Assembly (NCBI RefSeq): GCF_964355755.1
Contig: NC_092676.1
Location: 26,306,871 to 26,370,870 of the forward strand
Source of the DNA: Antedon mediterranea
Lineage: Eukaryota > Animalia > Echinodermata
Length of the DNA stretch: 64,000 nt
Reading direction: 5' to 3'
Both the position numbers and the translations under genes were made by a program. The notes beneath the pieces were generated by a model that saw only the letters and a list, made by a program, of their open reading frames with translations, made no database searches and was not told the origin of the DNA. Below, in pieces: positions 42,573 through 54,580 of this stretch. Each line of letters opens with the position of its first letter. Position 1 is the stretch's first letter.

Positions 42573-42795
42573 AGTATTCAGGGGTCGTAGCAGGCAGTCG
42601 TGATAGGGTGTTTTGTAGAGATTCTCGTAGACTATCAATACAGATGAATCTGGTTTACATCAACGCACAGTCAAGTTTAGACAGTAAACTAGGGTATTCA
42701 GGGGTCGTAGCAGGAAGTCGTGATAGGGTGGTCTTTTTGTAGAGATGCTATCAAATCTGGTGTACATCAATGCACTGCCAAGTTTAGGCAGTATT
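42573..42795. repeat. Two-copy ~120-bp tandem duplication in the TMEM30A 3' UTR
   Basis: GTATTCAGGGGTCGTAGCAGG..GTCGTGATAGGGTG..CAAGTTTAG occurs twice. Confidence 0.85.
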
Positions 42796-42884
42796 CTACG
42801 TATACTGCACTTCCAATATATTATTCACTGTTTTTGTGTATCTATAGATGATGCTGTTCATCCAATAATATACTTGATAGGTTG

Positions 42885-45800
42885 TTAGTTGTCAAACTCT
42901 GGCGTTGACAAATCCAGTCCCCTAAAGAAAAATTAGATCAATAATGTATTACTATTTGTGAGATCTGAATTTATAAGAAACTGTAAATATGAGAGAATCT
43001 GTAAGAATGAAAAGTATGACTGACTCGAACCAACTTGAATTTAAACAATGATTTAGCATGAATAAGCTGGTAGTCATTATTCAAATCTCCTTCATAAACA
43101 CATTAGAATGAATCAATGAATAACAATACTATAGCTTGGTAACTTTTTTACATACTGTATGAAAATGTTTTTAGATTGTGACCACATTGATAGTATGCTC
43201 TAGATAAAAATATCTTTATAGCTTCTTACCTTTAAATGACAGATTGTTTTAAAAAATGTATTATTACATTAGTAGGGTTGTTTCAGATACAGTAATGGAT
43301 GCAGTGGAGTAATGGCTATGAGTGCTCACAGGCTAAAGTCAGAAACCTCTAGAGCTTAGGAAGGGCCCAGATGAACAGCCCTAACACAACTACCCAGTAT
43401 TGGAGGGCCTATTAGAACGCTAGACCAGGGGCCCTATTATGCCACTGTATGAATGATTGTTGTGATACAATTTGGTGACAAGATGGATTCCTAGTCAATG
43501 TCTCCGATACACAATACATCAATGTGTATATTGAAATGGTTCTCCGATAATTGACAATCACACAAGGTACAAAAACAGTTAATGAATAAATGACAGAAAA
43601 ACTTCTAAGCCCAGTTAACACATTATGGTAAAACTATAACTGCATGAAAATATCCAAGTGTGAACAATGGTCAAATCTTCTGATGACATTGGATAAAGCT
43701 ATCGTGGTTAATTTTACCATTTTTCAAGCCCAGTGCAAACAAGGCTTATGACTAGTGTCCAAATAGACCTGCCTATTCTCACTTGACCATTATGGTTGGA
43801 TTGCATCTTGGAGTAAATGTTAAATCACATATGATTCTCACAAATGAAATGCGCACAATTAATCATGTTAATGAAACCTCACCCAGAAAAACATGTTCCA
43901 TGTTTTTTTAAATTGACTCACCATAAAGTTGTTTAAGTTTCAATAGGTTGATGGAAATCATACCTGCATCAAAACAGTCATTAATGTTTAAATTCTAATT
44001 ATAGAAATAACATTGCAATAAAGGTATTAAGTCACTGCTGCCCTTATTCTGAGCAGACCATATAATTGCTTACTTTTAGATCATTGCAGTATGCAGTAAC
44101 AATTAAAATATCACTTGGTTTTAGCAGGGAATGTGATTTCACTCTTCCCTGGTTTTAATAACCCTCTTCCAAATGACATGGCTTAGGACCATTGTAAAAT
44201 ATATTTTATCTTTAGCCCCTTCGACTCACATTCTGGTTAAAATCATAAGAAACATCTTGAATTAAACATGCATTGTTTTGCTTATTTAGAAACGTGTTAT
44301 TCTCCAAACTAAGCCCCATTACAATAGGTGAAGTTATTTTTGAAGCAGATTTGTATAAAAGTGAAGGAAAAGGGCATCAATGATTTGTGCATATTGTCAA
44401 TCATGCAGGTATTACTAAATTAATTTAAGCTTGCTTGTAAGGTAATATAGTATCTAATTTGTATACATTTTCCATAACTGTATAATAATTGCTAAAGGAA
44501 ATTCAAATTTCCAGTTTATGGACAAATAAATAATCTTGAATCTAGAATGGATCAAAAGAAGTTGAAATAGTTAAAATTCAGGGGCCTAGCAAATACAAAC
44601 CAGTTAAAATACCGTATTTAAAATCCATGGACCTCGCTATTAAATGCTAACTAGTTGAAATACAGTATTTAAAATCAGAAAAAGAGGAACAGCAAAAAGA
44701 TCATTATAGACAAGACAACGCTTGCTACAGTAAGCCAAGAAAGAAGATGGAGCATTTGTTGTAGGATCCGACCAGGAGATACAAGAATCAGAAAAAACTC
44801 TTTAACTCAACTTATTGCGGTATTAGTAGGAGACTAAGCCATAGAATGGACTCATTAAGTGAATGTTTTGTATTTGCACACGTTCAGTTATAAAGCATAT
44901 TAGCAAAGATCTTGATGAGAGTTCTTGCATGGTAATCAATGAATTAACTGATGTATGTATTTACCTAAATATGTATTAGGATTCTACGTTAAAGTAGAAA
45001 TGAGAAAGTCAAAAGAAAGTTAACCTTTGTCTACACAATCAAAAAGATGATGTGACAAAAAAATGTGATGTGCCCATATATGGACATGATGATGTCATAT
45101 CACTACAATGTTTGGTCACATCACACTTTTTTTTGTCAAATTAGTTTGATAGTGTAGACAGAGCTTAAGTCACCCTCTTGTAGATTTTCTCATCTACCTT
45201 TTTACACATTTATTTCTAGATTATCGCTACAGTCCTTCTTTCTATTTCTATGATAATATGAATATCAAGTATTTTACTAGAAATTGCAAAATTTCACAAG
45301 CAAAGGCTGCATTTCCCATACAGTAGGAGCATCTACTTAAAGCTCTGTGTACACTATCAAACTTTATGTGACAAAAAAGTGTGATGTGCCCAAATATGGT
45401 AGTGATATGTTTAAATATGGTACTGATATGACATCATGATGTCCATATATGGGCACATCAAATTTATTTGTCACATAAACTTTGACAGTGCAGACAGAGC
45501 TTAAGCTTTATTTAAGAAGGTACGATATTTAGGAGTTTTGAGTGTTACTCATTACTCTTACGTTATGTTTAATAGGCCAACTATGACATATATATTAAAC
45601 ATCAAATTAGCGTATCATGCAAAAGTACTTTATTAAAATTAAATCTTTGGTTTTTAGAATATATACTGAGAGATATTAGTATATAATTTATAAGTTACCT
45701 TTATTATTATCACCAACCTTACTCTTGTACTATATTTAAATAGCTGATGATGGACTGTAAGCATCAAATTAGTAATAATAATCATTGGATACAGAAAACA

Positions 45801-46884
45801 GTGCATAATTCTGGCGCGAGTTGATCAATAGCTTAACATACATACAGTAATAGGGGTGTTTCCATTGAATAGGATTGCCTCCTGTCCAAAAGGAGATGTT
45901 CTGCTTATAAATAGACTTAAGCCTTGTCTACACTATCAAATTTGTATGTGAAAAAATGTGATGTGCCATATATGGACATGATGATGTCATATCACTACCA
46001 TATTTGGGCATATCACTACCATATTTAGGCACATCAAACTTGTTGATAGTATAGACAGAGCTTAGGAAAGCATGAGTTTAGTTCTTATCTAATAACACTA
46101 GCAGCTTTTTGTAGCTGTTGGATGTAACATATAAAAACCCACAAGACAAGCACTATTTTTTTTTACTAAAATTAAATTAAAAATCAGAAATTCAGATTCA
46201 CACAAACCTCTTTCCATGCTTGATGTGAATAAGCAGAAACAAAGCGCCAAATGCCACGCACAACGACCCTGTCACAATGTATGCGATACCGAGAAAGCTG
46301 TTTTTGCCTCCTAGCCAAGACGTCGTTGTCAACACGAAGCTCTTCTTTCCTTCAAATGCATTGACTAGGTATCCTACGTTAACAAGTTAAGTTAGAAATA
46401 TAAGTGAAATGTTTAATTATATAAGTCAACCTCTTGTTTTCACGTTGCACCATGTGAATTGAGCTTAATAATTATTCTATGTATGCTCATTATCATTCTG
46501 AGAATGTGCAGAATGATTTTAAACTCAACAGCTTTATTGTCTAGAGAAAAAAACAAAGGATAAATTCAACACTTGTTTTTGGTCGACATTTTACAGCTAC
46601 CACATTCTGGTGTTTTAGCTAGCAGAAAGAAAATTGTCATTTTACATTTATAAACAGTAAAGGATACGGTAGTTGACAGTGAGGGTGTACATTCCCTTCG
46701 GAAGCTGCTTGTCAAAGACGGTCTCGCTTACATGCCTGACACGCCCATTTAGTTTGCGAAATGTTGGTAATGCTGCCGTTCTCATCCAGACTATAAAGTC
46801 CTCATTCTGCAGTTGGTTTGGAATGTCAGAGATATTTGTAGACCAATTTGGTGGCTGAACAGTATCCTCAAAACCTAAAACAAA

Positions 46885-46915
<31 letters not shown>

Positions 46916-49900
46916 TTTATTCGGCAAAAGTTCATAAAGTACATTTTACAATTCATCTTGCCAGGAGCAAGTAATAGGCATGAGCCCAAACAGAAAACTG
47001 CTCTTACTCCATCATTACTTATAAAATACAAAAATAACAAAACTAAGTAGCACAAATTAAGTCAAAATAAAACAAAACAAAGTAATAATGAGATACACCA
47101 ATTAAAAATAAGCTGCATTAAATAAACAATATAAACAATTACAACTTAATATTTTGAGATCAAATGTTTGATAAGTTGGGCTTTAAAGTCTGAAATTGTA
47201 GCACATTGTTTAATTTCATTGGGAAGTTGCTCCCATAATCTAGGGAAAATAACAAACGATGAATTTAAAAATGTATTGGTCTTTGCCTTCCAATGTATTA
47301 ACCGCCCTTCACACCTCTCACTTGATCTCACAAACTCATTAAAGGATGATGGACAGAGGCCATGCATTATTTTAAAACCTAATGTGAGTCTATACACTTT
47401 AAATATATCTTCAATACTTAAAATATTTAGGTTCTTTAACCTATATAAATATGAAGTGTCCCAATTTCCTTCTTTTCTGTACATAATTATTCTAGTGGCC
47501 TTTCTCTGAACCCTTTCAAGTCTATACATATGAGATATTTCAGTAGGTGCCCACATACAACAACAGTAAGTCACAACAGGTAGTATTAGTGCTTTGTAAA
47601 GATTTAGCATTGCCATCCAAGACATTGCTTTACTACATCTTGAAACAAAACCAAGAAGTTTGCTTGCCTTACTACAAACATAATCTACATGAGAATGGCA
47701 TGTTAATTTACTGTTGATATATACACCAAGTAGTTTGAATTCATGGACTCTTTCCGTTGAATCGGAATTGATATCGTAAGCAAATATGATGGGATCTTTA
47801 CACCTGGATAAACTCATTGCTGCACATTTTGATGCATTTAATGGTAGTTTATTTAAAACTGACCATTCATAAATCTTATTTAAATCACTCTGTAACTTTA
47901 TACAGTCTTCTAATTCATGAATAGGTCTTGAAATGGTATTGTCATCTGCAAATTGAAAAATTGAAGATTCTATAGCATATTCAAGATCACTCACATACAA
48001 TAGAAACAAAAGAGGGCCAAGAACTGACCCCTGGGGTACCCCTGATATTACATTCTTCCAATGCGATATTTCACCTCTATAGATAACTCTTTGTTTTCTA
48101 TTTAAAAGAAAATCCTGGATCCATTTATTTAAACCTTTGTTTAAGCCAATATTGTTAAGTTTCTTAATCAGACGATTATGGGGTACTTTATCAAAAGCAG
48201 ATGAAAAATCTAAGAAAATTACATCTACTTGCTTACAATTTTTTGCATCTAAACTTTGAGCCCATGAATGAAACGCCTTAGTGAGTAACAATTCCGTACT
48301 ATAAGCATGTCTAAAACCAAACTGATTATCTGATAATATACTATTAGCCTCTAAGAAATTATTGATTCGGGTACACACAAGTTTCTCCATAATTTTACAA
48401 ACAATTGGTGTTAAAGACACAGGTCTGTAACTCTTAAAATCACCTTTAGGTTTTCCATGCTTTTTGAAAACAGGTACAACATTAGCAGTTTTCCACTGTT
48501 TTGGTAAAATGCCTTTTTCTAAAGATAAGTTAAAAAAGTCGCACAACAATCGTGCTAGTTCTACCCTACAAACCTTTAGAAATATGGGAAGTAAATTATC
48601 AGGTCCTGGAGATTTTGAAACAATTAAATAGTTTAATGCCTGATAAACTTCCATCACATTAAATTTCTCAAGTTCCATATAATGCTGAGGGATAATATCA
48701 GAGTTGCAGAGCAAGTCATCATTACCACCATCATCATTATTACTGAAATTACTAGAAAATTGATCATTAAACAAATTTGCTATCTCTCTAGCATCTGTTA
48801 CTATAGCATCATTAATCTTAAAACTTATAACTTGTGAATAATAGTTAATACCGATAATACTTTTTTAAAATTTTACTTGAGTATTATTCACACTACCTCA
48901 AGAATTGTTTAGATCTTGAATACAGACAAAATACTACTAATAATAATCAAACATTGAATATAGCGGCAATTCCAAAAAAGATGATAGAATTCCCATTGTA
49001 TTCTACTCAATAAATGATTCAGTTTAGTTTTATTCAAATAATAGTAAAATAAACTATTATTGATAAATACATCTTCTTTAGTTGGACAAAATAAATTGAA
49101 CTTTTTCTTTATATTAATTTTTTCAAAGTTGTTTCAAATTACTTTTTCAACGATTAAATGAAAGCAAAATGTAATTCCGAAGAGAAATAAAAGCTTATAA
49201 TTAAAATTTGATGTGAAACTAGACGAAGACTAGAGTATAACTATACGACTATTATTACATTGGACTTTGAGTTGCCCAACATAAATAATAAGAGTAAAGT
49301 AAACAAGAGTTATGACATATTTCTGGCCAAACACAATTAAACAAACTACTCCACAAAACTGCACCCAACTGTGAAGTCAAAAGGACGCTGTGCACTCAAC
49401 CATGAAATAAAAGTATCGGCAGAACCTTTAAACATGGTCCAGCTCTAATACTCTTCTCACAATTTTTTTAACATTTTCATGTTCCCATATTAATTTATTT
49501 CTGTATAAAAAAACATATATATATACAAAAAGCAGCAGAAGCTGAAAGTATTGCATATTACATAAAATCAGCATAAAAAGTACACAAAAACATCACAACA
49601 TTAACATAGAAAAATATCAATACTTGAACTGAGAATGGCCATGGATTAACAATTGTTCATCCAATGCACAACAAACAATCTATACTAGAATTAAATATGT
49701 TGTGTTTTTACTCATTTGTTGTTTACGCATCACATGATCCACACAAAACCACAATTTTGATTGGAACATGCATTTTAACAATAAAAAGTCTTAATGTCTT
49801 AATTATGTAATCTTATTTTCTAAAAGAGAAAAAAAACCACCTTTTTATCCACATAAATTAAAACAAGAACAAAACAAAATAACTATAGGGTATTAAATTC

Positions 49901-52660
49901 CTCCAAAATAAAATACCTTTTCTATTTATTGTGGTAGGTATTGTACATAAGAAATTAATTTGTATTTAAACATTCTTTAAGTTATTGATTAGTATTGATC
50001 CAATTTAAATATTGACAACAGCGTTGCTAGTCAATGGTAACAACTTGTATAAAATCAATGAATACTGTATAATGTCAATAGAATAACTGTATTATGGATG
50101 CGCACTTACAATATATACAAACATCTTTATTCTTTTTTTTATTTCTTTATTTCAAAACCACAACCAATAAAAAAATAAATTTAAACCGATGGTTTAATCT
50201 TCGAAACGTCTAACAAAAAACATGTGTGTACAGTAGAATGGCTTTTATTTACAGAGTATCATAAAATAATAACAATACACCATCAGTAATTCAGACCACA
50301 AAACAAAATATGCTAAAGAAACAAATAATAATAATAATTTGTCTTACTTTCTGGGTTGTTAAACTTTGTTTCTACGTCACTCGGCCACGCCAACCCATTT
50401 TTGTTAATCGCCACACTGGTGTTACTTTGTCCATCCTGATTGTGAAAAGTCAGCTCAAATGTATCTAAATAAATATAAACAATTATCACAGTTTACTCTC
50501 TCTGAAAACTGGAATCTCTCTTCCTAAAAATATTGGAATTTTCCTTCCTGTTTTTTAAATTTATTATATTACTTATTATAAGGGTGACTTATCTGGTTCC
50601 AGTGAAGGAATTGATCATTAAGGGCCCTCGAAAAAAACATACAAATAAAAACATATAAATTATTTTTTCAAAACGTATGCATTTTGAAAAACAGATTACA
50701 AAAATTAGAGAGGCAGTAGCTGAGAAAAACTTGCAGTTTAAATACATAATCATGTTTTTTTTTTTAATCGAAAAATGTAAATACTGTACCATTAAAAAGA
50801 CTGTTGGCAATGGCGCCACAAGGCAAAATAGCCATCGATACATTGTCCACATCATCGTATTGATACGGTGCACATTCTTTAGACGGTTCGTTTACGCTTT
50901 GACCTAGCAGCTGAAGGTCATCTCGTGAGTTTACGTATCGTCTGTGATTCTGGTAGTAATTTTCAAGTCGATAGTATATGTATACTTGTTTCTAAAATTA
51001 AGAAAAATAGGATACATTCAAACCTCCTCGGAAAACTGGAAAACATTTATTCGGTATAAATAGACATTAAAATAGTGCAGGGAAATTAACTTCTGTATTT
51101 AACTTTATCTCTCCCTATACATACCTCTTATTTGGGACACCCCTTCTATCTATTGGCAAAACCAAGGAAGAGTAACATTACACTCTTTTCTGGTGAAACA
51201 AACTACAGTAGGGGAGATATATGTTTTATCACTATGGCCAAGGTTTATTCTGAGGACAAATATTATTGTAAAATATCTAATAATCATTGTTAATCAGCTG
51301 CAATCATCAATCTTACATTTTAAATTTTATATGTAAATCCATAATGTAAACTTATGCCTAGTCTAGACTATCAAACAAAAAAGTGTGATGTGCCCAAACA
51401 TGGTAGTGATATGACATCATGTCCCTGTATCAGAGGGGCACATCACATTTTTTATCACATCAATTTTGATAGTGTGTAGACGGAGCTTTACAGACCAGTA
51501 CCTCGTAATCTTCCGTCAAATTAAACGGTATTTTACATATGCATGTACCGGTTGCGTTTTTAAAGTAATTGATACAAGACACATCATTGTCTTGTGTACA
51601 GCTGGTGTAATCAAGTATCGTCTCCTTTACCTGAAAATTACAAAGAAAAAAAACATTTGAAATTCATTCATTTATTCGAAAAATAAAAAGAAATGCAAAT
51701 CAAAAATGATATCATTTACACATTAGGCTTGTCCATGTCTGAAAAAGGGTTACAGAACTAAACAACTATATTTTGTTTGATTTAAGATGAAAAACGTTTT
51801 TTTAATGAAATTCTGAAAACTTACGTTATTCTGAAAAGGGTTAAAGAACTACTGTAAACAACTACATTATGTTTGCTTTAAGATGAAAAACTGTATAGTT
51901 TTATAAAATCTGAAAACTTACGTTATTTGATGTGACAAGAAATCCAACGCCAAGAGGTATGAAAACGATTCCAACAATGAAGAAGGCTGGTAGAACAGTA
52001 CCTGCTGTTAAAATTGGTTGCCATGCTGGTAAACGTTGCTGTTTAAAAGCAGTATCTATACAAATTGTAAAACATACATTTTATATACATCACTTTAAAA
52101 TATATTTAGTTCAGCAGAGGTGTAAAATCATACAAAAATAAGGAGCCAATAATAAATTGGTAAAACTTAAAAGTGGGATATTTCAAATTTGAGAAATGTT
52201 GATGCTAAGATAGAAATATACAATTCAAACAAGTTTAATATTTAATATTAATTAACTCATTTGGGGTTTTTTAAAACACAATCAACTTCTTCCTCCCTAC
52301 ATTTTGTTTTGTAAGGATCATCCTATATTTCATATTTTCTATATTGTTATTATATTTTCTAGTTAGCTAGCTAGGCTACTACAGCCTAACTAAATAGTAC
52401 TACTACTAGACCTATCTAACTATGGGCCGGCACTTCATCGCCTAGGCCTAGCTAAGCATAACCTGGTGGATGGGCCTTCTTAACTCAGCAGAGCGAGGCC
52501 TCTCTCTAGCAGTGATGCACTGATAGGCCTAGGCCTAGGCCTACTAGCCAAAATATCAAGAAAATTTAGGCCTACCTCCCGGCTTTTTACTCTTTATTTC
52601 GTCATCCTCAACAGCTGGATGAGAGGTTGAATTGGGAGTTGGAGATTGCGTCGTTTCCAT
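42885..52660 (-). CDS. TMEM30A: CDC50 family P4-ATPase flippase beta subunit
   Basis: Exons 52576-52660, 51922-52055, 51502-51630, 50790-50991, 50348-50464, 46668-46874, 46208-46373, 42885-42921. Motifs [86 protein letters not shown]. The last exon is less certain. Confidence 0.93.
43302..43447. mobile_element. hAT-like MITE (CAGTGG...CCACTG), degenerate 8-bp TSD
   Basis: Flanks AATGGATG and TATGAATG (6/8 match); shares GCTATGAGTGCTCAC..GGCTAAA with the element starting at ~54820. Confidence 0.55.
46374..46667 (-). other. TMEM30A: U12-type GT-AG intron of TMEM30A
   Basis: 5' splice site GTATCCTTTA; branch-like ACTTAAC 12 nt before the 3' splice site. Confidence 0.8.
46888..48838 (-). mobile_element. 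5'-truncated non-LTR retrotransposon (CR1/L2/jockey group) in a TMEM30A intron
   Basis: Uninterrupted RT ORF, T-rich 3'UTR, AATAAA and (TTA)n tail ending ~12 nt from the host acceptor; possible AATAATA TSD. Confidence 0.92.
47146..48774 (-). CDS. LINE ORF2 reverse transcriptase, endonuclease domain truncated; frame open up to ~48837
   Basis: [76 protein letters not shown]. Confidence 0.93.
   Translation of the reverse strand: MFNDQFSSNFSNNDDGGNDDLLCNSDIIPQHYMELEKFNVMEVYQALNYLIVSKSPGPDNLLPIFLKVCRVELARLLCDFFNLSLEKGILPKQWKTANVVPVFKKHGKPKGDFKSYRPVSLTPIVCKIMEKLVCTRINNFLEANSILSDNQFGFRHAYSTELLLTKAFHSWAQSLDAKNCKQVDVIFLDFSSAFDKVPHNRLIKKLNNIGLNKGLNKWIQDFLLNRKQRVIYRGEISHWKNVISGVPQGSVLGPLLFLLYVSDLEYAIESSIFQFADDNTISRPIHELEDCIKLQSDLNKIYEWSVLNKLPLNASKCAAMSLSRCKDPIIFAYDINSDSTERVHEFKLLGVYINSKLTCHSHVDYVCSKASKLLGFVSRCSKAMSWMAMLNLYKALILPVVTYCCCMWAPTEISHMYRLERVQRKATRIIMYRKEGNWDTSYLYRLKNLNILSIEDIFKVYRLTLGFKIMHGLCPSSFNEFVRSSERCEGRLIHWKAKTNTFLNSSFVIFPRLWEQLPNEIKQCATISDFKAQLIKHLISKY
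51739..51927. repeat. ~95-bp tandem duplication that includes the TMEM30A exon-2 donor
   Basis: Both copies end in CTGAAAACTTACGTTATT (minus strand AAC|GTAAGT). Confidence 0.85.
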
Positions 52661-54580
52661 ATTTTCGGTTCTGTCTTCCACAGAATTTCCTGCCATGTTA
52701 TAAAATAATTTTTAACAATTTTTTCAAGTTTCCACTTTCCAAAGATGATCGATCGGCCCGATATATCGCGTCGATCAAAAACAACTTCGTGACCTTCCTC
52801 CGATCCCTTTTTTTGTTCCGGTTTTGTGTTGTTAAATTGCTCGAGCGTAACAGAAGTGCGCCACCATGTGATGCAAAACTTATTGTTTACAAAAACAAAA
52901 TTAACAAACAAAATTAACATACTGTTGGTGATGAAAGTAATATTTAATTTAATTATTTTCACTTCATTAATTTTTAAATAAAAAATTTCTTAAAAATCCA
53001 GTTTACACCCAAAATCAATCATGTGTTTTAAAAGAGTTTCAAATGTTAAAGAATAAAACAATTTACACAAAAATAAAATAATATAAGGCCCGCTTATCCC
53101 TCAGGATGTAAAATGTTGACATTTAAATTGTTAATGTTAAGTCACATTAATTAATGTTGTTAGTCCACGATATTACTCTTTGTAACCTAATTAACTAAAT
53201 ATATCAGTAACACAACAATACTGCAGTACTGTAGTGGATGCCTGGCAAGCCCAAACAATTTTGAATTATTTCTTTAAAATTATTCTAAAACAATCTTCTA
53301 ATGATCTGTTATTTACATATATATCATAAGAATCAACTTTAAAGTTCAACGAACTAATTATAATAACTTTTATCCATACATGGTTTCATGGAGATATAAC
53401 TCTATATTTTTTTTTCATCCAAATTTTAGGAAAAAGTAACCAAATGGAATAACATACTACAGAATGCTAAGCTTCTAACTGCTTTGCATCATGGGAAGAC
53501 AAAATAAATGAATACCAATTCGTTTACAAAATAATACAAATTCTTAAATTAAGGTACATTTTAAAAGTTTTGTTTATATTAACCAAATGTGTAGCTATAT
53601 ATACTTTAAAATTATTTTTCTTTTTGAACGTTAACAATCAAGAGAAAAGAATAATTATTTTTACAGTAAAGGTTCCATGATTTTTGTTCCAAGATTAGGT
53701 AGATAGATATACAAAAAGAAATTTCTTGAGTAAACATGAGGTTTAGAACACTCTGTAGTCCGTGACACGACACACAAAGCAATTCAACACAGCAATAATC
53801 TGTGCAGGTTACAAACCATAGCATGATAGCAACAGCAACTACCCCATTTTAGAATTAAGTCTAATCTCAAAATTTAGTTGTGCCATTGATGTGTTTAATG
53901 TCACCTTGTGAAATCTAAAAGTCACTACATATTGCGAAACCAATCAGAGACTCAAACAATCGTATCAATAATTTTTTTAATTTTGTTTTTTAATTCTGCC
54001 ATAATTTTGAAAGTTTTAGTTGGCAACATGGAATACATTTTATGGAAACAAAAAGGTGCAATAAAATCAACAAAAACCTTGTAAATAGCTAAAATCTTTT
54101 TCAGCCTCCATATTACCAATATCATTTTGTTGATGATTAAGACTAATAGAATACAGTCAACTACCCTAAAACCAGACCTTCCTAAAGCGTGGTTCCCATT
54201 TAGAACGCAATCACAACGCAACAGTGCTGTAAACATCGCTACGGAAAATCAGTTTGATTTCATGTAGCAACGCAAGGCAAAAGAACACTGCTGGAAAACA
54301 TATACAGTGCATACTCAAAAGTATGCAGGGTGAACAAGGTCAAAGTTATTGGAGGGGATCTTGTTACATCGCATGGGTTGCATTACGTTGTGTCGCAAGT
54401 GGGAACCACACTTTAAGGATTGTTAATCTTATTTACGAGCTTATATTTATAATAAAACTGGACGTTCTGTAAAACCAGATAATTTGACCAGCGTAAGAGC
54501 AATTCATTTTTGGAAACTTGGAACTTTCATATAATAAAATGCATCAACCGACGTAAGCAGATATTAAAATTAAATATTTT

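Noticed and set aside
47168-47509. 113-aa + strand ORF
   Set aside because: Antisense shadow of the LINE RT frame.
49425-49925. Pair of 5-nt and 19-nt micro-exons that would keep the TMEM30A frame
   Set aside because: Weak splice signals, and the direct 50348>46874 junction is already in frame.
52594-52962. 122-aa ORF upstream of TMEM30A
   Set aside because: Overlaps the promoter/5'UTR and exon 1 in a different frame; the real exon 1 is 52576-52660.
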